DNA of 64,000 nucleotides from Candidatus Atabeyarchaeum deiterrae. Lineage in GTDB: Archaea; Asgardarchaeota; Atabeyarchaeia; Atabeyarchaeales; Atabeyarchaeaceae. The stretch lies in NCBI GenBank assembly GCA_037310415.1, contig CP147780.1, forward strand, positions 2,560,001 to 2,624,000, given 5' to 3'. The translations under genes were made by a program, and so were the position numbers. Within the stretch, counting starts at the first letter, position 1, and each line of letters opens with the position of its first letter. The notes under the pieces were generated by a model. The model was not told where the DNA came from. It worked only from the letters and a program-made list of their open reading frames with translations, and did not search any database. Shown one piece after another: positions 1 to 10,114 of this stretch.

Positions 1-418
1 TTAGCCCAATGGAATTGATAATAAGCATATTATGTTCGAGTGAGCCTTCAACAGGATATTTCTCATTCCGCATATCCTCTTTGAAATCCGAAATTGCCTT
101 AGTTATGGTTTCACCACAACCATTTTCGCCTTCCCTGAGCGGGCGGCTTGTATTCTGTGACTCACGTTTCAGGATTAGACCGTAAGGGTGATTCGGATTC
201 GTGCCATACCTCTTTCGGAGGAGTCCGTCAGGGGGCTCCAACGGTATTCTGATTACTGTGGGATTAGCAATATCTGCGACACCTGTGGACATAGCTGTCG
301 CTCCGTACGCTTTTGAAAAGACAGCTACTTGTTTGCCGCGTCGAGCAACTTGCTTGGCCGCTGTCAGTCCAGCAATCCCGCAACCAATTACTGCAACATC
401 GGTCTTGAGGCTATTCAA
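1..418 (-). CDS. glpB: Anaerobic glycerol-3-phosphate dehydrogenase subunit B (partial, runs off window start; not in ORF track)
   Basis: Hand translation from TTG at 418 (GGAGAGG RBS upstream) gives MNSLKTDVAVIGCGIAGLTAAKQVARRGKQVAVFSKAYGATAMSTGVADI...NPNHPY..., open to base 1. FAD-binding GxGxxG plus GlpB-type HPY motif; directly downstream of glpA. Confidence 0.8.
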   Translation of the reverse strand, partial: MNSLKTDVAVIGCGIAGLTAAKQVARRGKQVAVFSKAYGATAMSTGVADIANPTVIRIPLEPPDGLLRKRYGTNPNHPYGLILKRESQNTSRPLREGENGCGETITKAISDFKEDMRNEKYPVEGSLEHNMLIINSIGL

Positions 419-442
419 ATATGAACCTCTCCCTATCCGTCA

Positions 443-2113
443 CTAATCCTCACATTTAGTCTCCTTCTCACCAGAGTCTGAACCCTTCTGATTTCTCCGG
501 TTCCAGGCTTCGCCCAAATGGCTATAGCTTGACTGAAGAACTTCCTCCTGCACTAGTTGCCTTCCCAGAAGCAAGGGGCGTTTACCCTTCCATCTTTCCT
601 GCAGCAAGTCCTTCATCTCGTTCATCAGGACTTCGGGTGACTGTTTCAACTCATCAGCAGCAATAGCAGCAACTTTCGGTATGCATGTGCAGCCTTGACA
701 TGGACCCATTGCTATCCTTGTTCGCCTTCTAACATCGTTCAACGTCTTTGCCCACTCGTTCCTTATTGAGTATCTGATTGCAGCCTCTGGAATTGATTCG
801 CAATTGCAGACTTCCATCTTGTACTGCGGGTTCTCTTGAGTGAGCATTAGAACATCACTCGCCTTTGTTCCATAGAGATATGCTAGCTTTGCCGCCATGT
901 GAGGATAAATCCCAAATGCTCCTGCAAGGCGTTCGACGTTTACTTCCTGTTCAGCGCCAATTAGCGGATCGGCTTGGGTTCTGCACTCGGTGCTTCTATC
1001 CAGCTTCTTGCAGATGAGGTCAGTCATCTTCTCCGCCATGATGCGGTAGAGGACGAGCTTTCCCCCTCCAAAGGACAGGAACCCTGAAACACCCGCCTTG
1101 CTTTCGAAGTCGATGATTTCGAAGTTTCGGGTGACCTTGTCTTCAGGGATACCGTATTGGTTGATCATTGGCCTCACGCCAGTCATGGTTCTTATGATCC
1201 TAGCTTTGCGTATCGATGGAATTGCTTTCTCCATTCCCATCATAAGGTACTCTACGTCGTCGTACGTTGTCTCGACCTCGTCAGGATCACAGAAAATATC
1301 AACCGCCGTCGTCCCAAGGATCGTGGTGTTCTCGTGTGGGAAGAGATAGGCGCGTCTCCCATCTATGCACTTGGCGTATATTCCAATATCTGATATTCTT
1401 CTGTCGAAGATCACATGGCTTCCCTTGTTGAGGCGGAGGGGATGTTCGAGTCCAGCCATTTTGGCTACTTTCGAGCCCCATGGACCGGACGCGTTCACAA
1501 CTATCTTGCCCTTTATCTCCCTGACCTCGCCCGAGAATCTGTCCTTAACTCTTACACCCGTGATGGTGTTACGTTCCCTCAGAATGTCAACTACTTCTGT
1601 GTACGTGAGGATCTGAGCACCATGCTGTTTCGCGTCGAGGGCATTCATGAGAGTGAGGCGGAATGGATCAATGAAATATTCTCTAATGTAGATCGCGCTC
1701 ATAATATTAGGGCTCAGCTTCGGTTCCAATCTAAGAGCCTCGTCAGTCGTCAGTGTTATGATCGGGTCGCCTTTTCGGAGTTCACTGTAACCATCGTACG
1801 CTGCCGTAAACAGTTTCCCTTGGTTTACCTCAGACTTGTCGAGCCCGACAAGCAATATAGGGGTGCTAAAAATGACATTCCTAGCGATTTTTGCGATTAT
1901 TGCTGATTCCGCCACGCAGAGTTTGACCATAGGCGGCTCCATGAAGTACTTTGGTCCAGCGGAGATCATTCCGGCACAGGTGGCAACAGCGCCTGAAGCG
2001 ATGTCATTCCTCTCTACAAGAACTGTCTTCAATCCTCGTTTAGCACAGTCTCTCGCGGTTCCAACTCCAGCACTTCCGCCGCCAATCACTATGACATCAA
2101 AAACATCGCTCAT
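443..2113 (-). CDS. glpA: Anaerobic glycerol-3-phosphate dehydrogenase subunit A (FAD-dependent, C-terminal BFD-like 2Fe-2S domain)
   Basis: VIVIGGGSAGVGTARDCAKRG FAD motif, NASGPW, GVRP, GGKL, and C-terminal VCNCE...RRRTRIAMGPCQGCTC typical of GlpA. Likely start ATG 2113 (ORF track 2146). Confidence 0.9.
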   Translation of the reverse strand: MSDVFDVIVIGGGSAGVGTARDCAKRGLKTVLVERNDIASGAVATCAGMISAGPKYFMEPPMVKLCVAESAIIAKIARNVIFSTPILLVGLDKSEVNQGKLFTAAYDGYSELRKGDPIITLTTDEALRLEPKLSPNIMSAIYIREYFIDPFRLTLMNALDAKQHGAQILTYTEVVDILRERNTITGVRVKDRFSGEVREIKGKIVVNASGPWGSKVAKMAGLEHPLRLNKGSHVIFDRRISDIGIYAKCIDGRRAYLFPHENTTILGTTAVDIFCDPDEVETTYDDVEYLMMGMEKAIPSIRKARIIRTMTGVRPMINQYGIPEDKVTRNFEIIDFESKAGVSGFLSFGGGKLVLYRIMAEKMTDLICKKLDRSTECRTQADPLIGAEQEVNVERLAGAFGIYPHMAAKLAYLYGTKASDVLMLTQENPQYKMEVCNCESIPEAAIRYSIRNEWAKTLNDVRRRTRIAMGPCQGCTCIPKVAAIAADELKQSPEVLMNEMKDLLQERWKGKRPLLLGRQLVQEEVLQSSYSHLGEAWNRRNQKGSDSGEKETKCED

Positions 2114-2330
2114 GCTAGTACGACTAATAATCAGCCACCTCTTCAATGGGGAACAACATTTAGGGAGATAGGACGCTTGATATAAGGGATACTGTGTACT
2201 GTTTCATTCTCTCATGATAAGTGTGAGATGCTTCTATAAGAAGTGCGGTGGATCAATCCAGTGTCGGATGATGAGAATTGGGACAATAGGATGCTGCGGA
2301 ATTGAAGCCTTGTCGCTTGTCTCGTTCAGT

Positions 2331-2717
2331 TCACTTCAAAGTTATCTTCACATTCGGTTTGTTTTTCAGCGTGTTGTGAACTGTGCATCCTTCAACCATT
2401 CTCAGAAGTCCAGCCCGCTCCTTCTCACCGAGTCTTGCACTCAAATTGATGACGACATCGATCGATCCTATTCTGTGTGGATCCTCAGCCGACTCCCAAT
2501 CTAACTTGACATTCATGCCAGCAGGCGGTATCTTGCGCCGCTGACAGAAAACCACTGCGAAGTAACCAATACACGACCCAAGTGACGCAACGAACAATTC
2601 AACAGGAGTCATTCCGGCATCTGAGCCACCGTCCTCAACTGGTTGATCTAACGTCAGTTTATGCCCTCTGCATTCGGCCTCGAATTTCACATTTTCAATT
2701 AGGGACACGGTCATCAT
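2331..2717 (-). CDS. OsmC/Ohr-like family protein
   Basis: DQPVEDGGSDAGMTPVELFVASLGSC and GCTVHNTL, the two conserved Cys motifs of the OsmC/YhfA family. Confidence 0.9.
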   Translation of the reverse strand: MMTVSLIENVKFEAECRGHKLTLDQPVEDGGSDAGMTPVELFVASLGSCIGYFAVVFCQRRKIPPAGMNVKLDWESAEDPHRIGSIDVVINLSARLGEKERAGLLRMVEGCTVHNTLKNKPNVKITLK

Positions 2718-3001
2718 CTGGGGCAGACACCTCTCAATCCATAAATACTACGCATAGTGAAAAGGGAACATCTATAATAGCTTATGTCAACATTCACCCA
2801 ATCACCTCCGTTTACCAGTTCACATTACCTTCGATCCAGACACTCGGTTAGCCTTAAGAGAATTCAAGTCGTGCTCCCTCAAGCGAATGTTATTCACAAG
2901 CACCGAAGATTGGAGTTACTGAGGCACATGATGCTACTTGCGACGTTGCCCTTCATATATGGGTAATGGTTCTAACCGATTTAGGAGGATGTTCTTTGGT
3001 C

Positions 3002-3619
3002 ATGGAGAAAACAGATGAGTTGATTAAACGATTACGAAAGATTGAACATGGATTCAAGGAAATAGAAAAGGAGGCTATAGATATTGTCGAAAAGAATTCT
3101 GTTGAGAGTTGTCTGATCATCTCGAAGAAGTTCTTTTCTTCAGAAGTCTATCAAGTAAGATCGCTCGCAACATTTGTTCTCGGAGCAATTGCCTCAAGAT
3201 CAGAAGATGCTCTGGGTTTCTTGAAGAAAAATGTGAGTGTAGATGAGAGCTGGCAGGTTCAAGAGATCCTAGCAAAATCATTTGATAGATACTGTTCAGA
3301 TATTGGCTACGAAGAGGCTATGCCAGTTATAGAAGAATGGTTAAGAAACGGAAACCCGAATGTAAGAAGAGCCGTCACTGAGGGGTTAAGAATCTGGACG
3401 AACAGAGAATACTTCAAGGATAATCCCAGAATTGCTGTGAAGCTGCTCAGCCGATTGAAAGATGATGAGAGCGAGTATGTCCGAAAATCTGTTGGAAACG
3501 CACTGCGAGATATCAGCAAGAAACACAAGGATCTGATTAAATCTGAGCTGAACACATGGAATACGTCTGACAAGAGAACAAGACTGACTTACAGACTTGC
3601 AAGCAAATTCCTTGTTTGA
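3002..3619 (+). CDS. HEAT-repeat DNA alkylation repair protein (AlkD/YhaZ-like)
   Basis: WQVQEILAK, NVRRAVTEGLRIWT, DESEYVRKSVGNALRDISK HEAT repeats. ATG 3002 follows an AGGAGG RBS (ORF track 2966). Confidence 0.8.
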   Translation: MEKTDELIKRLRKIEHGFKEIEKEAIDIVEKNSVESCLIISKKFFSSEVYQVRSLATFVLGAIASRSEDALGFLKKNVSVDESWQVQEILAKSFDRYCSDIGYEEAMPVIEEWLRNGNPNVRRAVTEGLRIWTNREYFKDNPRIAVKLLSRLKDDESEYVRKSVGNALRDISKKHKDLIKSELNTWNTSDKRTRLTYRLASKFLV

Positions 3620-3702
3620 GAACTTCCAGACTGAACTGTCTACTTTGAGCTCTCAGAAAAAGATACGTTGGCGATCAAGGTAGGAAATCGGGAAATGGCT
3701 AC

Positions 3703-5199
3703 TTAGATTATTTCTCCAGTGACTCTTTTGGCCAAATATGTCGTCATGACAAGGTTTTGGAATGTCGCATACATCTTGTTATACGCTTTGATGCACTCTG
3801 CATCTGGTTCTTTCTTATCGACGAAGTGAACCATACTCTTGATCGCTTCATCAGCAGACTTGTGTATTGATATGCCCATCGATGCCAGGATCGCAGCGCC
3901 AAGTGCAGATCCTTCGGTTACTTTTGGAATGACAACAGGTTTCCCAGTGACATCACATATTATTTGATTCCAGAGACCAGATTTTGATCCACCGCCATCT
4001 ACCCGAATCTCACCTGCCTTTGCTTTCATTGTCTCCATTAACGTTAGGTAGAACCTGATTGCGAAGGCGTTGCATTCAAGTATTGCTCTTGCAACGTGTT
4101 TTCTTGTGTGCCCGAATGATAGACCGTGAATCGCTCCTTTTGCGAACGTAAACAAAGGTACTACTAGCAGTCCGCTTGAGCACGGGGCAATAGTCTTGGC
4201 TTCCTCAACTATGTAATCATAGGGGTCAACTTTATTCTCTTTGGCTTTGTTCACTTCGAAAGTGCTGAACTGATCTTTGAACCATTTCAAAAGCAATCCT
4301 GTGCCTGGCATGGCGCCTTCAAGAATCCACTTGCCCTTGAGCACATGCGGGTTTGTGAATAGATTTCCTCCAGGATCGAAGACTGGCTTCCCTTCAAGTA
4401 CCGAAACCACAAAGGTGCCTGTGCCCGTTGTGGCTTTCGCTGGTCCAGGACCCGTTATTCCAAGTCCTAGGGCAGAGCATTGCACGTCGCCACCACCCAT
4501 AACCACGGGTAATCCAGCAGTAAGCCCTGTCTCCTCCGCAGCTTTACCTGTCACTTCCCCCAGTACCGTGCCTGAAGGATATATGTCTGGCCACTTTTCC
4601 ATCGGGACACCTGCTGTATCGGCAAGCTCCTGCGACCATGACATGGTGTTCATATCCACGATTCCATAGATTGCATTCGAGTAGTCTGTCACGATTTTTC
4701 CAGTAAGTCGATGGTAGAGATAACCGTCGACTTGGATGAATTTGTATGTCTTATTGAATATCCCAGGGTGGTTGTCTTTTATCCACAGTATCTTTGATAG
4801 AGAAGAATTGGTCCACCACCCTGTTGGCCTAGTAATCTTCTTCTTCAACGGCTCTATTGAGGGCGATGTTCTCGAGTCCATCCAAGTTATCCCTGGTATG
4901 AGGTGATTTCCGTCTTTGTCGACTGCGACTGTCGTCGCCCTTTGCGTGCTTACACACAATGCTGCGATTTCCTTTGGAACAGTGTTTGTCTTCTTCAAGA
5001 CTTCCTTCATCGTGGAAGTCGCGTTGCTCCACCACATTGGTGGGTCTTGCTCGGAAACACCCGGAGGTTGACGTTTCTCTGGGTACTCCTTGTATGACAT
5101 CCCTTTTAGATTGCCCTGTGGATCAAATATCGCCGAGCGAGCTCCTGTTGATCCTACATCAATTACAGCTAAATAGTGTCCTTTCTCTGGCATAGCCAA
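3703..5199 (-). CDS. FGGY-family carbohydrate kinase (xylulokinase/glycerol kinase-like)
   Basis: IDVGSTGAR, EQDP, STQRAT, TWMDSR, GGGDVQC, TTGTG, DGGGSKSGLWNQ motifs. Confidence 0.92.
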   Translation of the reverse strand: MAMPEKGHYLAVIDVGSTGARSAIFDPQGNLKGMSYKEYPEKRQPPGVSEQDPPMWWSNATSTMKEVLKKTNTVPKEIAALCVSTQRATTVAVDKDGNHLIPGITWMDSRTSPSIEPLKKKITRPTGWWTNSSLSKILWIKDNHPGIFNKTYKFIQVDGYLYHRLTGKIVTDYSNAIYGIVDMNTMSWSQELADTAGVPMEKWPDIYPSGTVLGEVTGKAAEETGLTAGLPVVMGGGDVQCSALGLGITGPGPAKATTGTGTFVVSVLEGKPVFDPGGNLFTNPHVLKGKWILEGAMPGTGLLLKWFKDQFSTFEVNKAKENKVDPYDYIVEEAKTIAPCSSGLLVVPLFTFAKGAIHGLSFGHTRKHVARAILECNAFAIRFYLTLMETMKAKAGEIRVDGGGSKSGLWNQIICDVTGKPVVIPKVTEGSALGAAILASMGISIHKSADEAIKSMVHFVDKKEPDAECIKAYNKMYATFQNLVMTTYLAKRVTGEII

Positions 5200-5308
5200 C
5201 CCATCCTCGCCTTATAGGTACCGACAGCTAAGGTTAGAAACTTCCCTGATTCGGCTACTGAGTATACGTCGATGCCCTTTATATATCAGACAGTGGTTTA
5301 AGTGAGTC

Positions 5309-6289
5309 TTGCCTTTTTGGGTAATTGCGCATTTCCCGGAGGAGTTGATCCACACGAAAATTGGGGCAACAATCTACAACGTGTCAACCAAAGGCAAATT
5401 TAAAGAATTCATACAAGAGCTCTATGATTATGGATTCAGGATATTCGAATTGTATCTCCCATTCTACAGCGTTGTGAATTCTGATTCAACGATTAACAAG
5501 ACCAAGGTAAATGAAATAAAGGATGTGTTGAGCACATTCAAGACTGAGGAACTCAGTGCCCATGGATATTATGATGACGAGGTCAACGTGATTAGCAATC
5601 CAGCTTCTGTGGATGAAACCACCCGAAAAATGGCTGAGAAGACGCTACTATCAACTCTGGAAATCTGTTCAGAACTTAATGTTCACGTCTTGAACGAGCA
5701 TCCCGGAACTATCTTGCCTGAATTGAAAAAGAGCAACAGTATTAACGTCTCGTTTATGGTTAACAACTATGAGAGACTCGGTAAGCCCAATGCTGTCAAA
5801 GCGGCAGTTCGAACAATCGAGAACTGTGCAAAAGCGGCTGAGGACAATGACGTTTTGATCTGTGTTGAGAACGAGGTCCCACGCGTGGACACGCTTCCTA
5901 TCGCTGATAATCCTCTGGTTATACCGACGATAGTTGATGCAGTTGGCAGCGAATATGTGAGGGCGACTTGCGATGTGGGACATTTGGCTTTATCAGCTTC
6001 TTTCTTCGGGTTCGATTTGCTGACAAGCATAAGGTTACTGAAGCCTTACATTAGACACCTTCACTTACACGACAACAGGCTGATCCCATTTCCAGTCGGA
6101 GGCACTAAGTTGGAGAAAGACCTTGGAGACCTGCATCTTCCACCTGGCAAAGGATTGATAGATTTCAAAGGAGCCATTAAATGCCTAGATGGTGTCGATG
6201 CAGTGTACAACCTTGAAGTCATTCGGTACAAGACATTGGCAGACTTCAAGCTGTCTGCTGACTTCTTGAGAAAACTGCAATCTAGCTGA
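5309..6289 (+). CDS. Sugar-phosphate isomerase/epimerase (AP endonuclease 2 TIM barrel)
   Basis: Metal-binding set VENE, DVGH, HLHDN, DLHLPPGKG, LEV; divergent from the FGGY kinase. Probable start TTG ~5345. Confidence 0.85.
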   Translation: MPFWVIAHFPEELIHTKIGATIYNVSTKGKFKEFIQELYDYGFRIFELYLPFYSVVNSDSTINKTKVNEIKDVLSTFKTEELSAHGYYDDEVNVISNPASVDETTRKMAEKTLLSTLEICSELNVHVLNEHPGTILPELKKSNSINVSFMVNNYERLGKPNAVKAAVRTIENCAKAAEDNDVLICVENEVPRVDTLPIADNPLVIPTIVDAVGSEYVRATCDVGHLALSASFFGFDLLTSIRLLKPYIRHLHLHDNRLIPFPVGGTKLEKDLGDLHLPPGKGLIDFKGAIKCLDGVDAVYNLEVIRYKTLADFKLSADFLRKLQSS

Positions 6290-6337
6290 ACAAGTCGGGC
6301 AGATTCAACTGTCGGTTTGTATAGACATTCTCGGAGC

Positions 6338-6916
6338 TCAGGGAGTAGCTTTGGCTCCCTTCACAAGTCTGTTAACCAGAGCCTCCGTCACTGCCTTGAA
6401 TACCTCGTCGACACGCTCTCCTGTTCTTGCTGAAGTCTCTATGTAAGTTGCGTTTATCGACTTTGCGAAGCGCTCCCCTTCTTCAGCACTTACCTTTCTC
6501 TGAAGGTCAATCTTATTGCCTATCGCGATGAAAAACATGCTACTTGAGGCAAATCTCTTTATATCATCAACCCATTTTCGAGCACCGTTTACAGTTTCGG
6601 GTCTAGTTACGTCAAAGACTACAAACGCAGCCTTAGCCCCACCATAGTATTTCTCTCTGACCCTGCTAAAGATTTCCTGCCCAGCAATATCCCAGATCAG
6701 AAGGGTTACCGCGTAGGTGTCGACAACATAGTCGTTTGAAGTGATGTTGGCACCCAAGGTTGGAATATAATTCTCCTTGAAAGATGACATTACGTGTTTC
6801 GCCACGATGCTTGTCTTACCGACCGCTGGCTCTCCAAGAAACACAACTTTGAAGACGTGTTTTGCCCTGACGATATCTACCACCCTCCAAGCTCGACATT
6901 TAACATAGGTTCTCAT
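6338..6916 (-). CDS. Rab-like Ras-superfamily small GTPase
   Basis: G1 GEPAVGKT, G2 PTLG, G3 WDIAGQE, G4 NKID, G5 ETSART; RabF-like LLIW, YYGGA, VVFDVT. Confidence 0.93.
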   Translation of the reverse strand: MRTYVKCRAWRVVDIVRAKHVFKVVFLGEPAVGKTSIVAKHVMSSFKENYIPTLGANITSNDYVVDTYAVTLLIWDIAGQEIFSRVREKYYGGAKAAFVVFDVTRPETVNGARKWVDDIKRFASSSMFFIAIGNKIDLQRKVSAEEGERFAKSINATYIETSARTGERVDEVFKAVTEALVNRLVKGAKATP

Positions 6917-7362
6917 TTGCTCCTAATATAGATTATTGCCTAAGCCTAGCTGGAAATTCATTGTGGGAAAGAAACTACTGAGCTTTCTGCCTCCCGCCAT
7001 TTGCCAAGTGACAATGGATCAGTTTGACTAATATGCTTTGAGCTTCAATTCATTCTTTGCGCTCAGTGAATTGGCATATACGCAACTGTGCACACCTGTC
7101 ACGTGTCAATTCGATTTTCCATGATTCAGAATAGACATCAATGCGATGAGTTTCGACTGAATACGTGAGAAATTTCCATATCCAGTTGGCGTTTCTGGCA
7201 ATGAGTATCACTTGAGAACTCCCAATAATGCCTCTAAATCTTTATATCAAAGCTATGCTCACCGTCACTTGCCTCTGGGGCGGAAGGCAAGAGCCAGCAG
7301 CTATGACTTGTCTTGCTGTTATTGAATCCATACTATTCGATCGAATTCTTGAGGTGTTGGTA

Positions 7363-9009
7363 TTGAGCAACTATAGCGGCGAGGAATTGCGAAACCTTCT
7401 TGACACTATTAGGAAACTCTCGACAAGTGAAAACGCGTTGCATCCTTCAAGTAAGGAGCTAAGGAAGAAAGCTGAACAGTACGGAACACTTACCGAGTTC
7501 GGCAACTATCATTTCTCTTCGACTGTCAGAAACAGAAGTGCTGGTCTTACGGTATACGTTGGTGGAGGCAAGATACCGCAGAAAAACCTGAACAAGCAAC
7601 AACAGGAGATCACCAGGAATATCACAAAGACTCTTAGGCTCGTTGACAGGTACCTTCAGCGTGTCCCTCTGTACTACATAGCTCTGACAATGGGGAAGAA
7701 CGACGTATTCACCCCACACTGTGACTTCATTCTTTCCCGTTACAAGTCCGAGTTCGTGCGTCTAGGGTACATGGTCTACCAGACTCTGTTTCCAAGACAG
7801 AAAACTCCAGGCCCACAACTCTACCTCGTCGACCTACCAGAGTGGCAAGAGCAGGACAAACAGATACTTGTATTCCCAGAGGAAGGGCTAACACTCGTCT
7901 TGGGAAGTGACTACTACGGCGAAGTGAAGAAAGGCTTCCTCAGGATGGCCATGTGGAACTCAAAGAAAAGAGGAGGACTCGGACTGCATGCTGGCGCCAA
8001 ATTCATAAGAGCTCGGGACAAAGCGCAGGCAGATAAGATAAGAAAGATCGGTATGGTGATTTTCGGTCTTACGGCCACGGGTAAGACAACCCATACTGTT
8101 CATAATCATGGATTAACTGAGCCAGATGAAGAAGTTAAGATAATTCAGGATGACGTTGTTCTTCTGAACCCAGACGGTTCCGCACTGGGAACTGAGAGAG
8201 GGTTCTACATCAAAACTGAGGGTCTCAAACCTGAAACTCAGCCGCTTCTTTACAGAGCGGCGACCTCAAAAGACACTATTCTTGAGAACATACTTGTTGA
8301 CTACAAAGGGAAGTTGGATTTTGAGGATGAGACTCTGACGGGAAACGGTCGAGGAATTATACAAAGGGACGACTTAGGGCACTTCATGAGTGAGTCACTG
8401 AACCTTCCACCTGCCTCTGAACTTGATAAACTCATCTTGGCTTTCATTACCCGCAGGAACACTGTTCTTCCAATAGCCGCGAAGCTAAGCCCCGAGCAAG
8501 CTGCTGCTACATTCATGCTTGGCGAATCAATTGAGAGTACTGGCGGGGATCCCAAGCGGGCAGGTGAATCCGTTCGGGTTGTTGGGACTAATCCATTCAT
8601 CATAGGCGACGATGCCGATGAAGGAAACTGGATCTTTGATTTCATAAAACGCCACGCTGGAAAGCTTGAGTGTTATCAGCTAAACACTGGCGGCGTTGGA
8701 GAGATTCTTGAAAAGGCGCCTGACGGGTCAAAGATCACTAAACAGAAGGTAACTAGAGTTCAGATACGAGAGATGGGGACGATAATAAAGGGGATCTGCA
8801 AGGAAACAATCGAGTGGATTGAAGAGCCGTATTTCCATTACCTGGTTCCTGAAAAGGTTGAAGGTGTGGACATGAACAGGTTCAGCTTGACGAACTTTTA
8901 CTCTCAAGAACAAATAGAAGGATACGTTCGAATATTGAAAAACGAGAGACTCGAATATATGAAACAGTTTCAAGGATTGAATCCGGCAATCGTCAAAGCA
9001 TTACAGTGA
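7363..9009 (+). CDS. pckA: Phosphoenolpyruvate carboxykinase (ATP)-family protein
   Basis: GSDYYGEVKKGFLR, LHAG, P-loop FGLTATGKTT, IQDD, GTERGFYIKT, GTNPF, LNTG. GAGGTG RBS at 7351 before TTG 7363 (ORF track 7228). Confidence 0.85.
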   Translation: MSNYSGEELRNLLDTIRKLSTSENALHPSSKELRKKAEQYGTLTEFGNYHFSSTVRNRSAGLTVYVGGGKIPQKNLNKQQQEITRNITKTLRLVDRYLQRVPLYYIALTMGKNDVFTPHCDFILSRYKSEFVRLGYMVYQTLFPRQKTPGPQLYLVDLPEWQEQDKQILVFPEEGLTLVLGSDYYGEVKKGFLRMAMWNSKKRGGLGLHAGAKFIRARDKAQADKIRKIGMVIFGLTATGKTTHTVHNHGLTEPDEEVKIIQDDVVLLNPDGSALGTERGFYIKTEGLKPETQPLLYRAATSKDTILENILVDYKGKLDFEDETLTGNGRGIIQRDDLGHFMSESLNLPPASELDKLILAFITRRNTVLPIAAKLSPEQAAATFMLGESIESTGGDPKRAGESVRVVGTNPFIIGDDADEGNWIFDFIKRHAGKLECYQLNTGGVGEILEKAPDGSKITKQKVTRVQIREMGTIIKGICKETIEWIEEPYFHYLVPEKVEGVDMNRFSLTNFYSQEQIEGYVRILKNERLEYMKQFQGLNPAIVKALQ

Positions 9010-9059
9010 ACAAGGTAAAATATGTGGACATAATATAAAGGTGAAGTGGTGCCTTTGCT

Positions 9060-10097
9060 TTGAAGGGTCTGATGAAGTTCGCCCGCGGAGAGGGAAACCT
9101 TGAACTCAGGGAAGTAGATGACCCGAAGTGTGGCGATTGCGAAGTCCTAGTAGAAGTTGAATCAGCGGGAATTTGTGGAACTGACATTCATATCTCTCAT
9201 GATCAGACATTCTACACGCCTCCTGTCATAATTGGGCACGAATATTGTGGGAAGGTCATCGACGTAGGGGAAGGTGTCGAGGGAATCGTTCCTGGTGAAC
9301 GCGTCACAAGTCCTGCAACTGTTCCGTGTGGAGAATGTTATCTCTGCCGAACAAACCACCAGAACAGGTGCATTGGATCAAATAGGAGAATACTCGGCGT
9401 CTCAGGTGCAAACGGAGCTTTTGCAGAACATATGGTTGTCCCAGCGAAGATAATTCACAGGGTTCCGGAGAATGTTACATCTGAGTCTGCATCATTAGCT
9501 GAGCCAATAGCGTGCGTGGTTCATGCAGTAATTGAGCGGGTTGGCATTAATCCTGGCGAAACAGTCGTCATTCAAGGCCCCGGTCCAATGGGCCTGATCT
9601 CGACGGAGATTGCTGGCATTCAGGGCGCAGGACTCATAATTGTAACTGGTACAAGCGCCGATGAAGAACGGCTCAAGATTGCTAACAGGCTTGGGGCCAA
9701 TATCACAGTCAACGTTGAAAAGGAAAACGCTGTCGAACTGGTCAGTGAAATGACTTCCGGCTTGGGCGCAGACGTTGTGCTTGAAGCGTCGGGGGCTCCT
9801 CCGGCGCGTCGACAAGCATTCGAGCTAGTGAGAAGGTGCGGAAAAATAGGCTACATTGGACTGACAGGAAGACCAAGGGAAGAAGCAAACCTCGATAATG
9901 TAATCGAAAAAGAGATCAATCTGATAGGCTCCTGGGGAACTATATGGACAAGCTGGAGGACAACATTAGCTCTCATGGCTTCGGGAAAGATCAATACAGA
10001 ACAGCTTATTTCTCACAAGCTCTCTCTTGTTGAATGGAAGAAGGGGTTCGACTTGATGGACAAGAAAGAAGGCTTGAAGATCCTGCTCAGACCTTAA
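9060..10097 (+). CDS. Zinc-dependent MDR alcohol/polyol dehydrogenase (sorbitol/threonine dehydrogenase-like)
   Basis: GICGTD, GHEYCG, structural Zn CGECYLC...C, EP, GPGPMG NAD motif. Confidence 0.92.
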   Translation: MKGLMKFARGEGNLELREVDDPKCGDCEVLVEVESAGICGTDIHISHDQTFYTPPVIIGHEYCGKVIDVGEGVEGIVPGERVTSPATVPCGECYLCRTNHQNRCIGSNRRILGVSGANGAFAEHMVVPAKIIHRVPENVTSESASLAEPIACVVHAVIERVGINPGETVVIQGPGPMGLISTEIAGIQGAGLIIVTGTSADEERLKIANRLGANITVNVEKENAVELVSEMTSGLGADVVLEASGAPPARRQAFELVRRCGKIGYIGLTGRPREEANLDNVIEKEINLIGSWGTIWTSWRTTLALMASGKINTEQLISHKLSLVEWKKGFDLMDKKEGLKILLRP

Positions 10098-10114
10098 TAC
10101 GAAGGTGTTCCCCT

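Noticed and set aside
201-446. Plus-strand 81-aa ORF
   Set aside because: Antisense shadow of the glpB 5' region.
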